A DNA stretch of 53,728 nt from an uncultured Chromatiales bacterium (GCA_964384095.1 CAYLKC010000002.1:1-53728); one strand, 5' to 3'. Counted from the first letter of the stretch, positions 36,001-45,943 are shown. Made by a program: numbers and translations. Notes: generated by a model not told the origin, from the letters alone.

Positions 36001-37053
36001 ATGAAGATTCTCGGCATCGAAACCTCCTGTGACGAGACCGGCCTCGCGGTCTATGAGGCCGGTCGTGGCGTCGTCGCGCAGCGGCTATACAGCCAGGTCG
36101 CGCTGCATGCCGATTACGGCGGGGTCGTGCCGGAGCTGGCTTCTCGCGACCATGTTCGCCGTCTGCTGCCGCTGTTGCGCGAGGTCCTGGCTGAGGCCGG
36201 GCTCGCGGGCGGCCGACCGGACGGGATCGCGTGGACCGCCGGCCCGGGACTCGCCGGGGCGTTGCTGGTCGGCGCTGCCGTCGCCCGCAGCCTCGCGTGG
36301 ACCTGGGGTATTCCGTCGATTGCGGTCCATCACATGGAAGGGCATCTGCTCGCGCCGCTGCTCGAGACCCCGGCCCCGGCGTTCCCGTTCGTCGCGCTGC
36401 TGGTGTCCGGCGGCCATACGATGCTGGTCGCGGTCGAACGCCCCGGCGCCTGCCGGGTCATCGGCGACACCCTCGACGACGCCGTTGGCGAGGCCTTTGA
36501 CAAGACCGCGTCGCTGCTCGACCTTGGCTATCCGGGCGGCCCCGCACTCGAGCGCCTCGCGGCTACGGGCGACCCGGACCGTTTCCGGTTCCCGCGCCCG
36601 ATGACCGATCGCCCGGGGCTCGACTTCAGTTTCAGCGGGCTCAAGACCTTCGCGCTGAATACCCTGCAGACGCACGCAGGGCAGGGCGACGACGCGCAAC
36701 TGCGCGCCGACGTCGCCTGCGCGTTCCAGCACGCAGTCGCCGACACCATGGTCATCAAGTGCCGGCGCGCGCTGCGCGAGACCGGCATGAAGCGGCTGAT
36801 CGTCGCCGGCGGCGTCGGCGCCAACAGGACGCTGCGCGAACGCCTGCGCGCGATGGCGGCCGAAGAGGGCGGCGAGACCTACTTCCCGCGCATGGAATAC
36901 TGCACCGATAATGGCGCGATGATCGCCTTCGCCGGCTGCCTGCGCATCGCCGACGGGCAGCGGGACGGGGAGAGTTTCAATGTGCGGGCGCGGTGGGGGC
37001 TGGAAGAGCTGGCGCCTGTCAGGGTCGATGTGGCTCGATATCTGCCTGCCTGA
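36001..37053 (+). CDS. tsaD: tRNA N6-adenosine threonylcarbamoyltransferase
   Basis: [18 protein letters not shown]...[12 protein letters not shown]...SGGHT is the TsaD/Kae1 signature. The upstream part of ORF 34837.. is antisense to the ABC ATPase. Confidence 0.95.
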   Translation: MKILGIETSCDETGLAVYEAGRGVVAQRLYSQVALHADYGGVVPELASRDHVRRLLPLLREVLAEAGLAGGRPDGIAWTAGPGLAGALLVGAAVARSLAWTWGIPSIAVHHMEGHLLAPLLETPAPAFPFVALLVSGGHTMLVAVERPGACRVIGDTLDDAVGEAFDKTASLLDLGYPGGPALERLAATGDPDRFRFPRPMTDRPGLDFSFSGLKTFALNTLQTHAGQGDDAQLRADVACAFQHAVADTMVIKCRRALRETGMKRLIVAGGVGANRTLRERLRAMAAEEGGETYFPRMEYCTDNGAMIAFAGCLRIADGQRDGESFNVRARWGLEELAPVRVDVARYLPA

Positions 37054-37067
37054 CCACGGCACCGGGT

Positions 37068-37688
37068 CTATTCCCGCTTCTCCCCGATCCTCGGCTCCGT
37101 CCCTTCGCTGAGATTCCGGATATTCGACCGGTGCCGCCACAGTAGTACGAGGCTCATCGCCAGCGTCGCGGCGATGTATTGCCAGGCGGCGGGTTCGGTG
37201 AGCCACATCGCGACCGGCGCGGCGACCGCAGCGGCGATCGCCGCGAGCGAGGAGATGCGGAACACCAGCGCCATGCCGAGCCAGATCGCGACCAGCGCGA
37301 TCGCGACCGGCCACGCGAAGCCGAGGATCGCGCCGAGCGCGGTGGCGACGCCCTTGCCGCCCTTGAAGCCGAAGAAGATCGGGTAGAGGTGGCCGACGAA
37401 GGCGAGGAAGCCGGCGATCGCGACGGTCAGCGGATCGAGCAGCAGCACGATCCCGACGACGACCGGGATCAGGCCTTTCAGCAGGTCGCCGGCGAGCACC
37501 AGCGCGGCGATCTTTCTGCTGCCGAGGCGCAGTACATTGGTCGCGCCGGGATTGCCGGAGCCTTCCCTGCGCGGATCGGGCAGGCCGGCGAGCTTGCACA
37601 TAATCACCGCGGAAGACAGCGATCCGAGCAGATAGGCGAAGGCGCAGACGGCGATGTCGAGATACATGGCGTGAGTCAGGATAGGCAT
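37068..37688 (-). CDS. plsY: glycerol-3-phosphate acyltransferase PlsY
   Basis: 206 aa. GSGNPGATNVLR and FKGGKGVAT are PlsY signatures. Confidence 0.92.
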   Translation of the reverse strand: MPILTHAMYLDIAVCAFAYLLGSLSSAVIMCKLAGLPDPRREGSGNPGATNVLRLGSRKIAALVLAGDLLKGLIPVVVGIVLLLDPLTVAIAGFLAFVGHLYPIFFGFKGGKGVATALGAILGFAWPVAIALVAIWLGMALVFRISSLAAIAAAVAAPVAMWLTEPAAWQYIAATLAMSLVLLWRHRSNIRNLSEGTEPRIGEKRE

Positions 37689-37758
37689 GGGCCCGTGGTT
37701 TCGATACGATTATGGTATCCGATAATCATGACAGGAAGAAAAGGGTAGCGCCTCCTTT

Positions 37759-38115
37759 ATGGATACCATTTACCTGACCGACCTCAAGATCGATACCGTG
37801 ATCGGTATCTTCGAGTGGGAGCGGCGGACCCGGCAGACGGTCAGCTTCGACATCGAGATGAGCACCGACGTCGCCCGCGCCGCTGTGACCGACTCGATCG
37901 ACGACGCCCTCGATTACAAGGCGGTGTCGAAGGCGGTACGCGAATTCGTCGAGCGCAGCGACTTCCAACTCGTCGAGACCCTTGCCGAGCGGGTCGCGGA
38001 GCTGATCCTGCGCGATTTCGGCGTCGCCTCGGTGCGCCTGCGCATCAACAAGCGCGGCGCGATCCGCGGGGCGCGGGACGTCGGCGTCTCCATCGAGCGC
38101 GGCGCGCCGTTCTGA
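37759..38115 (+). CDS. folB: dihydroneopterin aldolase
   Basis: 118 aa. MDTIYLTDLKIDTVIGIFEWER...YKAVSK is the FolB signature, divergent from plsY as in E. coli. Confidence 0.9.
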   Translation: MDTIYLTDLKIDTVIGIFEWERRTRQTVSFDIEMSTDVARAAVTDSIDDALDYKAVSKAVREFVERSDFQLVETLAERVAELILRDFGVASVRLRINKRGAIRGARDVGVSIERGAPF

Positions 38116-38129
38116 GCCCTGGCTATCCC

Positions 38130-38624
38130 GTGGCCCGCGTCTACGTCAGCATCGGCAGCAATATCGATCGCGCTGCGAACATCCGCGCCGGTATCGCGGC
38201 GCTGCGCGAGCGCTATGGCGAGGTCACGGTTTCGCCGGTGTATGACACGCGCGCGGTCGGCTTCGACGGCGACGATTTCTACAATCTCGTCGCGGCCTTC
38301 GATACCGCGGACGATGTCGATGCGGTCGCGGCCTCCCTGCGCGAGATCGAGCGGCGCCGGGGCCGGGTGCGGGCGCCGAAGGCCGGCAGCTTCATTTCGC
38401 GGACCCTCGACATCGATCTGCTGCTCTACGACGACCTCGTCACCGAGCGCCCCGGCTTCACCCTGCCGCGCGACGAGATCCTGAAATACGCCTTCGTGCT
38501 TGCGCCGCTCGCCGCGATCGCCGGCGAGCAGTGTCACCCGGTACTCGGGCGCCGCTTCAGCGATCTGTGGGCCGAATTCGACCGCACCGCCGAATCCCAG
38601 ACCGTCGTCGATTTCGACTGGTAG
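38130..38624 (+). CDS. folK: 2-amino-4-hydroxy-6-hydroxymethyldihydropteridine diphosphokinase
   Basis: GTG at 38130. VARVYVSIGSNIDR...SRTLDIDLLLYDD...LPRDEILKYAFVLAPL is the HPPK signature. Confidence 0.88.
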   Translation: MARVYVSIGSNIDRAANIRAGIAALRERYGEVTVSPVYDTRAVGFDGDDFYNLVAAFDTADDVDAVAASLREIERRRGRVRAPKAGSFISRTLDIDLLLYDDLVTERPGFTLPRDEILKYAFVLAPLAAIAGEQCHPVLGRRFSDLWAEFDRTAESQTVVDFDW

Positions 38625-38631
38625 GCTGGTT

Positions 38632-38810
38632 TGCATTATTCATGATCCGCACGGACTTTCAGCAGGGCCTTGGCGGGTTTTGTCTTTTCAGGAGCCTGCG
38701 AGACAGGATGTCTCGCCGGCAGCCCCCAGGGATGGGTTCATGGCGGTCCTGAAAAGACAAAACCCGCCAAGGCCCGGATCCCTCGAATACCCGAGTTTAT
38801 GAATAATGCA
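38632..38810. repeat. hairpin element D: inner 29-bp perfect arms (38665-38693 / 38747-38775) plus a 53-nt loop, nested inside an AT-rich 12-bp outer inverted repeat
   Basis: gggccttggcgggttttgtcttttcagga and its exact reverse complement form the inner arms. The outer pair is tgcattattcat / atgaataatgca. The element fills the folK / SDR convergent spacer. Confidence 0.85.
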
Positions 38811-38812
38811 GG

Positions 38813-39568
38813 CTAGATATAGAGGGAACGGCCGCCGTCGATGGCGATGATCTGCCCGGTCACGTAGGGCGCGTCCCGCACCAGGAACAGCACCGCGCGG
38901 GCGATGTCGTCGGGATTGCCCTGGCGTTTCAGCGCGGTGCGGGCGAGGATGCGCTGCTGCTGCTCGGCGCCGATATCGTCCTCGGGCCACAGGATCGCGC
39001 CGGGCGCGACCGCGTTGACGCGCACCTTTGGACCCAGTTCACGGGCGAGTGAGCGCGTCATCATCACCAGGCCCGCCTTCGCGATGCTGTAGACCGGATA
39101 GCCCTTCAGCGGGCGCTCGGCGTGCACGTCAGTGATGCTGACGATGCAGCCTCCGCGTTCCGCCAGTGGTCGCGCCGCGGCCTGTGACAGGAAGAACGGC
39201 GCGCGCAGGTTGCTGTCCATCAATTCGTGCCACTGCGCGCCAGTGATCGTGCCGACCGGCGTCGGATAGAAGCTCGAGGCATTGTTGACCAGCACGTCGA
39301 GCCGGCCCCAGTGCGAGCGCGCCTCGGCGACGGTCTCGTCGAAATTATCGACGCGGGAGAGATCTGCGCCGAGCAGAGCGGCGGAATCAGGACGCGCGGC
39401 ATTCAGTTCGTGACACAGGGCGCGGGCATCGCGCGATGAAGAGCGATAGTGCAGCACGACACGCATGCCGCCGGCGTGCAGGGTGCGCGCGATCACCGCG
39501 CCGATGCGGCGCGCGGCGCCGGTGATCAGCGCGACCTTGTCCTCGATGTCGGGTGTTCCGGTCGTCAC
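38813..39568 (-). CDS. short-chain dehydrogenase, pteridine reductase (FolM/PTR1-like)
   Basis: 251 aa with ALITGAARRIGAVIA (TGxxxRIG) and YSIAK catalytic motifs, in a folate-gene neighbourhood. Confidence 0.75.
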   Translation of the reverse strand: MTTGTPDIEDKVALITGAARRIGAVIARTLHAGGMRVVLHYRSSSRDARALCHELNAARPDSAALLGADLSRVDNFDETVAEARSHWGRLDVLVNNASSFYPTPVGTITGAQWHELMDSNLRAPFFLSQAAARPLAERGGCIVSITDVHAERPLKGYPVYSIAKAGLVMMTRSLARELGPKVRVNAVAPGAILWPEDDIGAEQQQRILARTALKRQGNPDDIARAVLFLVRDAPYVTGQIIAIDGGRSLYI

Positions 39569-39654
39569 GATGACCTTATGGTAGCACGGCGGTTATACTG
39601 GCCATACGAGCCCGCCGACCCCGGGCGCCTACCTGCCCAGCGATCTGCCCAGCA

Positions 39655-40839
39655 ATGCCGGATACCCCGAGCACACTCCCCGAACCCGACGCCGATGCCC
39701 GCGCGCACGGCGAGCGCGTGACCGCGCATATCAGGGATGCGATCGCGGTCGCCGGTGGCGCGATCCCGTTCGCGCGCTACATGGAACTCGCGCTGCATGC
39801 ACCCGGCCTCGGCTATTACAGCGCCGGCAGCGCCAAGTTCGGCGAGGCCGGCGACTTCGTCACCGCGCCGGAGCTGTCGCCGCTGTTCGCGCGCTGTCTC
39901 GCCAGGCAGGCCCGCGAGATCCTCGCGGCGCTCGGTGACGGCGGTATCCTCGAGGCCGGCGCCGGCAGCGGCGTCATGGCCTGCGAACTGCTCGCCGAAC
40001 TCGAACGCCTCGACGCGCTGCCGGCGCAGTACGCGATCCTCGAGCTGAGCGCCGACCTGCGTGAACGCCAGCGGGCATTATTCATGCAACGCATCCCGCA
40101 GTTGCTGCCGCGCATCGCGTGGCTCGACCGCCTGCCGGCGCGGGGCTTCACCGGCCTCGTCATCGCGAACGAACTGCTCGACGCGATGCCGGTGCACCGC
40201 GTCATCGCCGGCCGCGATGCCGAGGAATACGTCTGCTGGCGCGACGGTCGCTTCTCCTTGACCGAGGGGCCGCTGTCCGATGTGCATCTCGACCTGCGCG
40301 TCGATGCGCTGTATCGCGAACTCGGCCGCGAGCATTTCACCGCCGGCTATCGCATCGAGATCAATCTCGCGATGGAGGCGTGGATCGCGGCGGTCTCGTC
40401 CGCACTCGAACGCGGCGCGATCCTGCTCGTCGACTACGGTTACCCGCGTCGCGAGTACTATCACCCCGAGCGTGCCGGCGGCACGCTGATGTGCCATTAC
40501 CGCCACCGCGCCCACGGCGACCCGCTGATCCTCGCCGGCCTGCAGGACATCACCGCGCACGTCGATTTCACCGCCGTCGCCGAGGCCGCGGTCGCGCACG
40601 GGCTCGCGGTCGCCGGCTATACGACGCAGGCGTATTTCCTGCTCGCGAGCGGCCTGCAGGAGATCGGCTCGACGCTTGGTGAGCTGCCGGCCGTAGAGCG
40701 TATGCAGATCGCGCAGCAGATCCGCCGCCTGACCCTGCCGGGCGAGATGGGCGAGAAATTCAAGGTGATCGCGTTGACGCGCGGGCTGGAGATGCCGCTG
40801 AGCGGCTTTTCGCTGCGTGACGAGCGAGGACGTTTATAA
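39655..40839 (+). CDS. class I SAM-dependent methyltransferase, MidA/NDUFAF7 (DUF185) family
   Basis: 394 aa. FARYMELALHAPGLGYYSAGSAKFGEAGDFVTAPELSPLF...LEAGAGSG is typical of MidA. Confidence 0.8.
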   Translation: MPDTPSTLPEPDADARAHGERVTAHIRDAIAVAGGAIPFARYMELALHAPGLGYYSAGSAKFGEAGDFVTAPELSPLFARCLARQAREILAALGDGGILEAGAGSGVMACELLAELERLDALPAQYAILELSADLRERQRALFMQRIPQLLPRIAWLDRLPARGFTGLVIANELLDAMPVHRVIAGRDAEEYVCWRDGRFSLTEGPLSDVHLDLRVDALYRELGREHFTAGYRIEINLAMEAWIAAVSSALERGAILLVDYGYPRREYYHPERAGGTLMCHYRHRAHGDPLILAGLQDITAHVDFTAVAEAAVAHGLAVAGYTTQAYFLLASGLQEIGSTLGELPAVERMQIAQQIRRLTLPGEMGEKFKVIALTRGLEMPLSGFSLRDERGRL

Positions 40840-40860
40840 GGAGATCGGGTGACAGCGCCG

Positions 40861-41060
40861 GATCAAAGGGGCCGGAGTCGTTTGATCCATTGAGCACAGT
40901 GGCTTAAGCCGGTGGTTCCTCTTCGTTACGGGACACGCTGTTAATACATCCATGTACGCTCACCGGCCGCATCCCTGCGGCCGGAAGGTCCCGTAACGAA
41001 GAGGAACCACCGGCTTCGGATAGATCCTGCAGGAATCAAACGACTCCGACCCCTTTGATC
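40861..41060 (+). repeat. hairpin element C: inner 29-bp perfect arms (40906-40934 / 40988-41016) plus a 53-nt REP-like loop, nested in a 26-bp outer inverted repeat (1 mismatch)
   Basis: aagccggtggttcctcttcgttacgggac and its exact reverse complement form the inner arms. The loop acgctgttaatacatccatgtacgctcaccggccgcatccctgcggccggaag is homologous to loops A and B. The outer pair is 40861-40886 / 41035-41060. Confidence 0.9.
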
Positions 41061-41062
41061 CC

Positions 41063-42001
41063 TCAGCCGACCGCTTCGCCCGCCGCCTGCAGGTCGGCGT
41101 GGTACGAGGAGCGCACCATCGGACCGCTGGCGACGTTGGCGAAGCCGAGCCCGCGCGCGATGTCGCCGAGGCGGTCGAATTCCTCCGGCGTCACGTAGCG
41201 GTCGACCGGCAGGTGATGCTTGCTCGGTTGCAGGTACTGGCCGAGCGTCAGCATGTCGCAGCCGTGCGCGCGCAGGTCGCGCATCACTTCCTCGATCTCC
41301 TCGAGGGTCTCGCCGAGGCCGAGCATCAGCCCCGATTTGGTCGGGATCCGCGGATGCCGTTCCTTGAACAGTTGCAGCAGTTTCAGCGACCACGCGTAGT
41401 CGGCGCCAGGGCGCGCCTTGCGGTACAGGCGCGGCACGGTCTCGAGGTTGTGGTTGAAGACGTCGGGCGGTGCCTTTTCCAGCAGCGCGAGCGCGACGTC
41501 CATGCGGCCGCGGAAGTCCGGCACCAGCACCTCGATGCGGGTCTGCGGGCTGAGTCGTCGCACGGCGCCGATGCAGTCGACGAAGTGGCCGGCGCCGCCG
41601 TCGCGCAGGTCGTCGCGGTCGACCGAGGTGATGACGACGTACTTCAGCCCCATCGCCGCGATCGTGCGACCGAGATTCTCCGGCTCTTCGGCGTCGAGCG
41701 GGCCCGGCTTGCCGTGGGCGACGTCGCAGAACGGGCAGCGCCGCGTGCAGATGTCGCCCATGATCATGAAGGTCGCGGTGCCGTGGCCAAAGCACTCGCC
41801 GAGGTTCGGGCACGAGGCCTCTTCGCAGACCGTATGCAAACGGTGCTCGCGCAGGATCGTCTTCAGGCGCGCGACGTTCGGGCTCGCCGTGCTGCGCGCC
41901 CGGATCCACGGCGGCTTGCGCTGCGGCGTCTCGGTGGGGACGACCTTGACCGGGATGCGGGCGACCTTGCCGGCCCCGCGCAATTTTTCGGGTGTGCTCA
42001 T
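41063..42001 (-). CDS. lipA: lipoyl synthase
   Basis: 312 aa. [13 protein letters not shown] and the radical-SAM motif CTRRCPFC are the LipA signature. Confidence 0.96.
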   Translation of the reverse strand: MSTPEKLRGAGKVARIPVKVVPTETPQRKPPWIRARSTASPNVARLKTILREHRLHTVCEEASCPNLGECFGHGTATFMIMGDICTRRCPFCDVAHGKPGPLDAEEPENLGRTIAAMGLKYVVITSVDRDDLRDGGAGHFVDCIGAVRRLSPQTRIEVLVPDFRGRMDVALALLEKAPPDVFNHNLETVPRLYRKARPGADYAWSLKLLQLFKERHPRIPTKSGLMLGLGETLEEIEEVMRDLRAHGCDMLTLGQYLQPSKHHLPVDRYVTPEEFDRLGDIARGLGFANVASGPMVRSSYHADLQAAGEAVG

Positions 42002-42654
42002 GACAGGGCGTCCATTCTAGCGTATCCGAATGCGGCTGTCAGGCGGCCAGCGAGCAGGTTTCCTGTTTTTTCAATGAGTTGTGCTGGGTCATCCCCGATC
42101 TCCGGGGCCAGGTCGCGCACCTGGGTCACGCCGAGCCCGGGGTAGCCGCAGGGGTCGATGCCGGCGAACGGCGCCAGGTCCATCGCGACGTTCAGGCTCA
42201 GGCCGTGATAGCTGCGACCGCGCCGCACGCGCAGGCCGAGCGCGGCGATCTTCTCGCCATCGACATAGACCCCGGGCGCGCCGGCGCGGCGCGCGGCGGC
42301 GATCGACAGGTCCGCGAGCAGATCGATGACGACCTGTTCCAGCGTCGCGACGAAGGGCCTGATCCCGAGCCCGAGGCGTCCGATGTCGATCAGCGTATAG
42401 CCGATCAACTGGCCGGGACCGTGATAGGTGATCTGCCCGCCGCGGTCGCTCGGCACGACCGGGATTGCGCCGGCGTCGAGCAGGTGTCCGTCGCGCGAGG
42501 CGCGGCCGAGGGTGTAGACCGGCGGATGTTCGAGCAGCCACAGTTCATCGGGCGTACCGGCGTCGCGGGCGTCGGTGAAGGCCTGCATGCGCGCGAAGGT
42601 GTCCCGGTAATCGATGCAGCCGAGCCGGCGCACCGTGAGGGTCCCCTGGCCCAA
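41998..42654 (-). CDS. lipB: octanoyltransferase
   Basis: 218 aa. [13 protein letters not shown]...[13 protein letters not shown]...K.AALG are LipB motifs. There is a 4-nt overlap with lipA. Confidence 0.93.
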   Translation of the reverse strand: MGQGTLTVRRLGCIDYRDTFARMQAFTDARDAGTPDELWLLEHPPVYTLGRASRDGHLLDAGAIPVVPSDRGGQITYHGPGQLIGYTLIDIGRLGLGIRPFVATLEQVVIDLLADLSIAAARRAGAPGVYVDGEKIAALGLRVRRGRSYHGLSLNVAMDLAPFAGIDPCGYPGLGVTQVRDLAPEIGDDPAQLIEKTGNLLAGRLTAAFGYARMDALS

Positions 42655-42657
42655 GGC

Positions 42658-42927
42658 TCAGAGCACCATCGCGATGTCGTCGCTGTCGGTCAGCGCGCGA
42701 TAGATCGCGTCGAGCTGCGCGCGGCTGGTCGCCTGCACGACGACGGTGACCGACTGATAGCGGCCGTGGCGGCTGAAGCGGCTGGTGATCGCGGATTCAC
42801 CGAGGTCGGGGGCATGCGGCCGCACCAGGCTGAACACCAGCGCATCGAGTTCGATGCCGGCCTTGCCGAAGACCTTGATCGGGAACTCGCAGGGAAACTC
42901 GAGCAGGCTGTCGCCGTCGTCAGTCAC
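42658..42927 (-). CDS. ybeD: YbeD-family (DUF493) protein
   Basis: 89 aa with LEFPCEFPIKVFG, in the conserved position upstream of lipB. Confidence 0.85.
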   Translation of the reverse strand: MTDDGDSLLEFPCEFPIKVFGKAGIELDALVFSLVRPHAPDLGESAITSRFSRHGRYQSVTVVVQATSRAQLDAIYRALTDSDDIAMVL

Positions 42928-43780
42928 CGCCCGCGGCGCCCCACGCGCGCTTGTAGTCCTGGTACAGCGCGATCATGCGCTGCCACATCGGCCCCGGCCG
43001 GCCGTCGCCGATCGCGGCGCCGTCGAGGCGCGTCACCGGCAGGATCTCGCGCGTCGAACTGGTCAGCCAGACCTCGTCGGCGGCCGAAAGCGCCGCCTGG
43101 GTGATCGCGGCCTCGCGCCATTCGATGCCGTGCGCATCGGCAAGCTCGAGCACGAGGTCGCGGGTGATGCCGGGCAAAAGTCGCGGCCCCTTCGGCGGCG
43201 TGATGATGACGTCGTTGCGGACGATGAACAGATTGCTCGCGGCCCCTTCAGTGACCTCGCCGTCGCGGACCAGGATCGCCTCGGCGGCGCCGGCGTCGAG
43301 CGCCTGCTGGCGCAGCAGGATATTCGGCAGCAGCGAGATCGTCTTCAGGTGGCAGTTCTCCCAGCGCGTGTCCCTGAGCGCGATCGCCGCGACGCCGTCG
43401 CGGCGGATCGCGTCGGCGATCGGCGCCAGCGGCGTGCTCATCGCGAACACGGTCGGGCGGACGTCGCGAGGGAAGGCATGATCGCGCTTGGCGACGCCGC
43501 GGGTGATCTGCAGATAGATCGACTGGTCGGGCGCGTCATGGCGTGCGACCAGTTCGGCGAGGATACGGGTCCATTCGGCATCGCCGTACGGCTGCGCGAT
43601 ACGGACGCCGGCGAGGCTGTGCTCCAGGCGGCGCAGGTGTTCACCGAGGCGGAACAGGCGACGTCCGTAGACCGGGATGACCTCGTAGACGCCGTCGCCG
43701 AAGATGAAGCCGCGGTCGAGCGGGGAGATCGTCGCCTGTTCGGCGGGCAGGAATTCACCGTTCAGATAGACCGTCGCCAT
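42920..43780 (-). CDS. dat: D-amino-acid (class IV) aminotransferase
   Basis: 286 aa. LDRGFIFGDGVYEVIPVY...L.RL..S are fold-type IV PLP aminotransferase motifs. Confidence 0.8.
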   Translation of the reverse strand: MATVYLNGEFLPAEQATISPLDRGFIFGDGVYEVIPVYGRRLFRLGEHLRRLEHSLAGVRIAQPYGDAEWTRILAELVARHDAPDQSIYLQITRGVAKRDHAFPRDVRPTVFAMSTPLAPIADAIRRDGVAAIALRDTRWENCHLKTISLLPNILLRQQALDAGAAEAILVRDGEVTEGAASNLFIVRNDVIITPPKGPRLLPGITRDLVLELADAHGIEWREAAITQAALSAADEVWLTSSTREILPVTRLDGAAIGDGRPGPMWQRMIALYQDYKRAWGAAGGD

Positions 43781-43790
43781 GCGCGCCGGC

Positions 43791-44981
43791 CTACTCGAAC
43801 ATCATCATGATGCGGTCGGTCATGCGCTGGAAGAAACCGCCTTCCTCGATGGTCTGCAGCGCGACCAGGGGACGTATCGCGACATTTGCCTCGTCGAGCG
43901 TGACCTCGACGCTGCCATGCGGGTCGCCGCGGCGGATCGGCGCGGTCAGCGCGGGATTGATGCGTGTTACCGCATTGAGGCGGCTGTACTGGTTGCGGGG
44001 GATCGTCACATAGAGATCCTCATCCAGGCCAAGCGCGAGTTCGGGCGCGGCGCCCTGCCACACCCGCGTAGCCGTGACCGGCGCGCCGGCTTCGTAGAGG
44101 CGGTGGGTCTCGAAGAAACGGAAGCCGTAGTTCAGCAGCTTCTGCGTCTCCTGCATGCGCGCCTCGTCGCTGCCGGTGCCAAGTACGACGGTGACGAGAC
44201 GCATGTTATCGCGCTCGGCCGAGGTCACGAGGCAGAAGCCGGCCGACTCGGTGTGGCCGGTCTTGACGCCATCGACGCCGCCGTCCCGCCACAGCAGGCG
44301 GTTGCGGTTCGGCTGGGTGATGCCGTTGAAGGTGAATTCGCGTTCCGAATAGAGTTGGTAGTACTCCGGGAAATTGCGGATCATCGCCCGGGTCAGCAGC
44401 GCGAGGTCATGCGCGGTGGTGTAGAGATCCGGATCAGGCAGGCCGGTACTGTTGGTATAGTGCGTGCTGGCCATGCCGAGCGCGCGCGCGTGCTCGTTCA
44501 TCAGGTCTGCAAAGGCAGATTCGCTGCCGGCAACATGCTCGGCCAGCGCCACGCTGGCATCGTTACCCGACTGGATGATCATGCCCCTCAGCAGGTCCTC
44601 GACCGATACGCGTGTATTGACCTCGATGAACATGCGGGAGCCGGCCATGCGCCAGGCTTTCTCGCTTACCAGCACCTGGTCGTCGAGGCTGACGGTGCCC
44701 GCGCGAATCTCGCTGAACACGATGTAGGCGGTCATCAACTTGACCAGACTCGCCGGTTCCATACGCTCGCCGGCATTGTGTTCGCTGAGCACGACGCCGC
44801 TGTGAAAGTCCTGCAACAACCAGGAACGGGCGTTTACCGCAGGCGGCGCGGGGATCGGCGCGGCTGCGTGCGCGGCGGATATCAGGGGCGTCAGCGGGCT
44901 GGCCAGCGCGCAGGCGATCGCCAGCAGGAAGGCGGCCGCCCGTCCGGGCAGGGTGTTTCGCGTGGATTCCATATCAGACAT
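43791..44981 (-). CDS. dacC: D-alanyl-D-alanine carboxypeptidase (PBP5/6 class)
   Basis: 396 aa with a signal peptide and SLVKLMT (SxxK), SGND (SxN) and KTGHT (KTG) motifs. Confidence 0.9.
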   Translation of the reverse strand: MSDMESTRNTLPGRAAAFLLAIACALASPLTPLISAAHAAAPIPAPPAVNARSWLLQDFHSGVVLSEHNAGERMEPASLVKLMTAYIVFSEIRAGTVSLDDQVLVSEKAWRMAGSRMFIEVNTRVSVEDLLRGMIIQSGNDASVALAEHVAGSESAFADLMNEHARALGMASTHYTNSTGLPDPDLYTTAHDLALLTRAMIRNFPEYYQLYSEREFTFNGITQPNRNRLLWRDGGVDGVKTGHTESAGFCLVTSAERDNMRLVTVVLGTGSDEARMQETQKLLNYGFRFFETHRLYEAGAPVTATRVWQGAAPELALGLDEDLYVTIPRNQYSRLNAVTRINPALTAPIRRGDPHGSVEVTLDEANVAIRPLVALQTIEEGGFFQRMTDRIMMMFE

Positions 44982-45116
44982 GCGTGTCGTCGCTCCAGTA
45001 CTTCCGGTGGATCCGGTGTTGGTAGTGTCAGGACGTCTTGCGGGGCCGGTCCGTTCCCCCCGGCTATTCTAGCGGTAATCGACGGAGCTGTGGAATGAAG
45101 GGCGGGTAGCCTGGCG

Positions 45117-45941
45117 TCAATCGCTGACGATATGCGCGCCTTCGATGCCCAGCGCGAGCAGGTCCCGGCTCATGCGGGAGGCCTCGTCGCGATCATCGAT
45201 GGGTCCGATACGCACACGGTAGACCGGGATACCGGCGGACTGGCTCTGCACGACGTGTATGCCGCGCGCGGGGACGAGGCCATCGAGCTGGCTCCGCAAA
45301 CGGGTTGCATTCTCGGCCTGGCTGAAGGCGCCGATCTGCAGGTAATAGCCGCCATTGTCCGCTGCCGGCCGGGCGTTGCCCGCGGCCGCGGACATGCGGT
45401 TGTGCCACTCTACCGGGTCGATCGCGCGCACCTCGACACGTCCGGTGCCGGCCTGCTTGATGCCGAGGCGGGTGGCTGCGGCATAAGACAGGTCGATCAG
45501 GCGGTCGCCGACAAATGGCCCGCGATCGTTGATCTTGACGATGATCGAGCGGTCGTTGTCGAGGTTGGTCACCTCGGCGTAGGTCGGCAGCGGCAGGGTC
45601 TTGTGCGCCGCCGTCATCGCGAACATATCGTAGGGTTCACCGCTCGAGGTCCTGCGACCGTGGAACTTGGTGCCATACCAGGAGGCGATACCGCGCTCGA
45701 CGTAGCCGGCGCTGTCCTGCATCACATAATAGCGGCGGTTGAAGACCTCATAGGAAGGCGGGTTGCCGTAGCGGCTCAGTGGTTCGGCGCGTGGCACCGC
45801 ATCGGGCACGCTCGACACGTCTACATGGCGGGACGGCGGCCCGTCGCCCGGTTCGGGGGGCTCCAGCGTCGGCAGGCTGCCGCAACCGGCAAGCAGCAGC
45901 GCCAGCAGCCAAGTCCCGTGATTGCGCAACGGCATCGGCAT
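45117..45941 (-). CDS. rlpA: septal ring lytic transglycosylase RlpA (DPBB + SPOR domains), lipoprotein
   Basis: Only the last 274 aa of the 779-aa ORF are credible. These have the lipobox LLLAGCGS, the DPBB block ASWYG.KFHGRRTSSGE.YD and a C-terminal SPOR-like YYLQIGAFS...YRVRIGP. Confidence 0.9.
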   Translation of the reverse strand: MPMPLRNHGTWLLALLLAGCGSLPTLEPPEPGDGPPSRHVDVSSVPDAVPRAEPLSRYGNPPSYEVFNRRYYVMQDSAGYVERGIASWYGTKFHGRRTSSGEPYDMFAMTAAHKTLPLPTYAEVTNLDNDRSIIVKINDRGPFVGDRLIDLSYAAATRLGIKQAGTGRVEVRAIDPVEWHNRMSAAAGNARPAADNGGYYLQIGAFSQAENATRLRSQLDGLVPARGIHVVQSQSAGIPVYRVRIGPIDDRDEASRMSRDLLALGIEGAHIVSD

Positions 45942-45943
45942 CG

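Noticed and set aside
36085-37599. 504-aa minus-strand ORF antisense to tsaD and out of frame with plsY
   Set aside because: It is Arg/Pro/Ala-rich junk translation, and both real genes are strongly supported.
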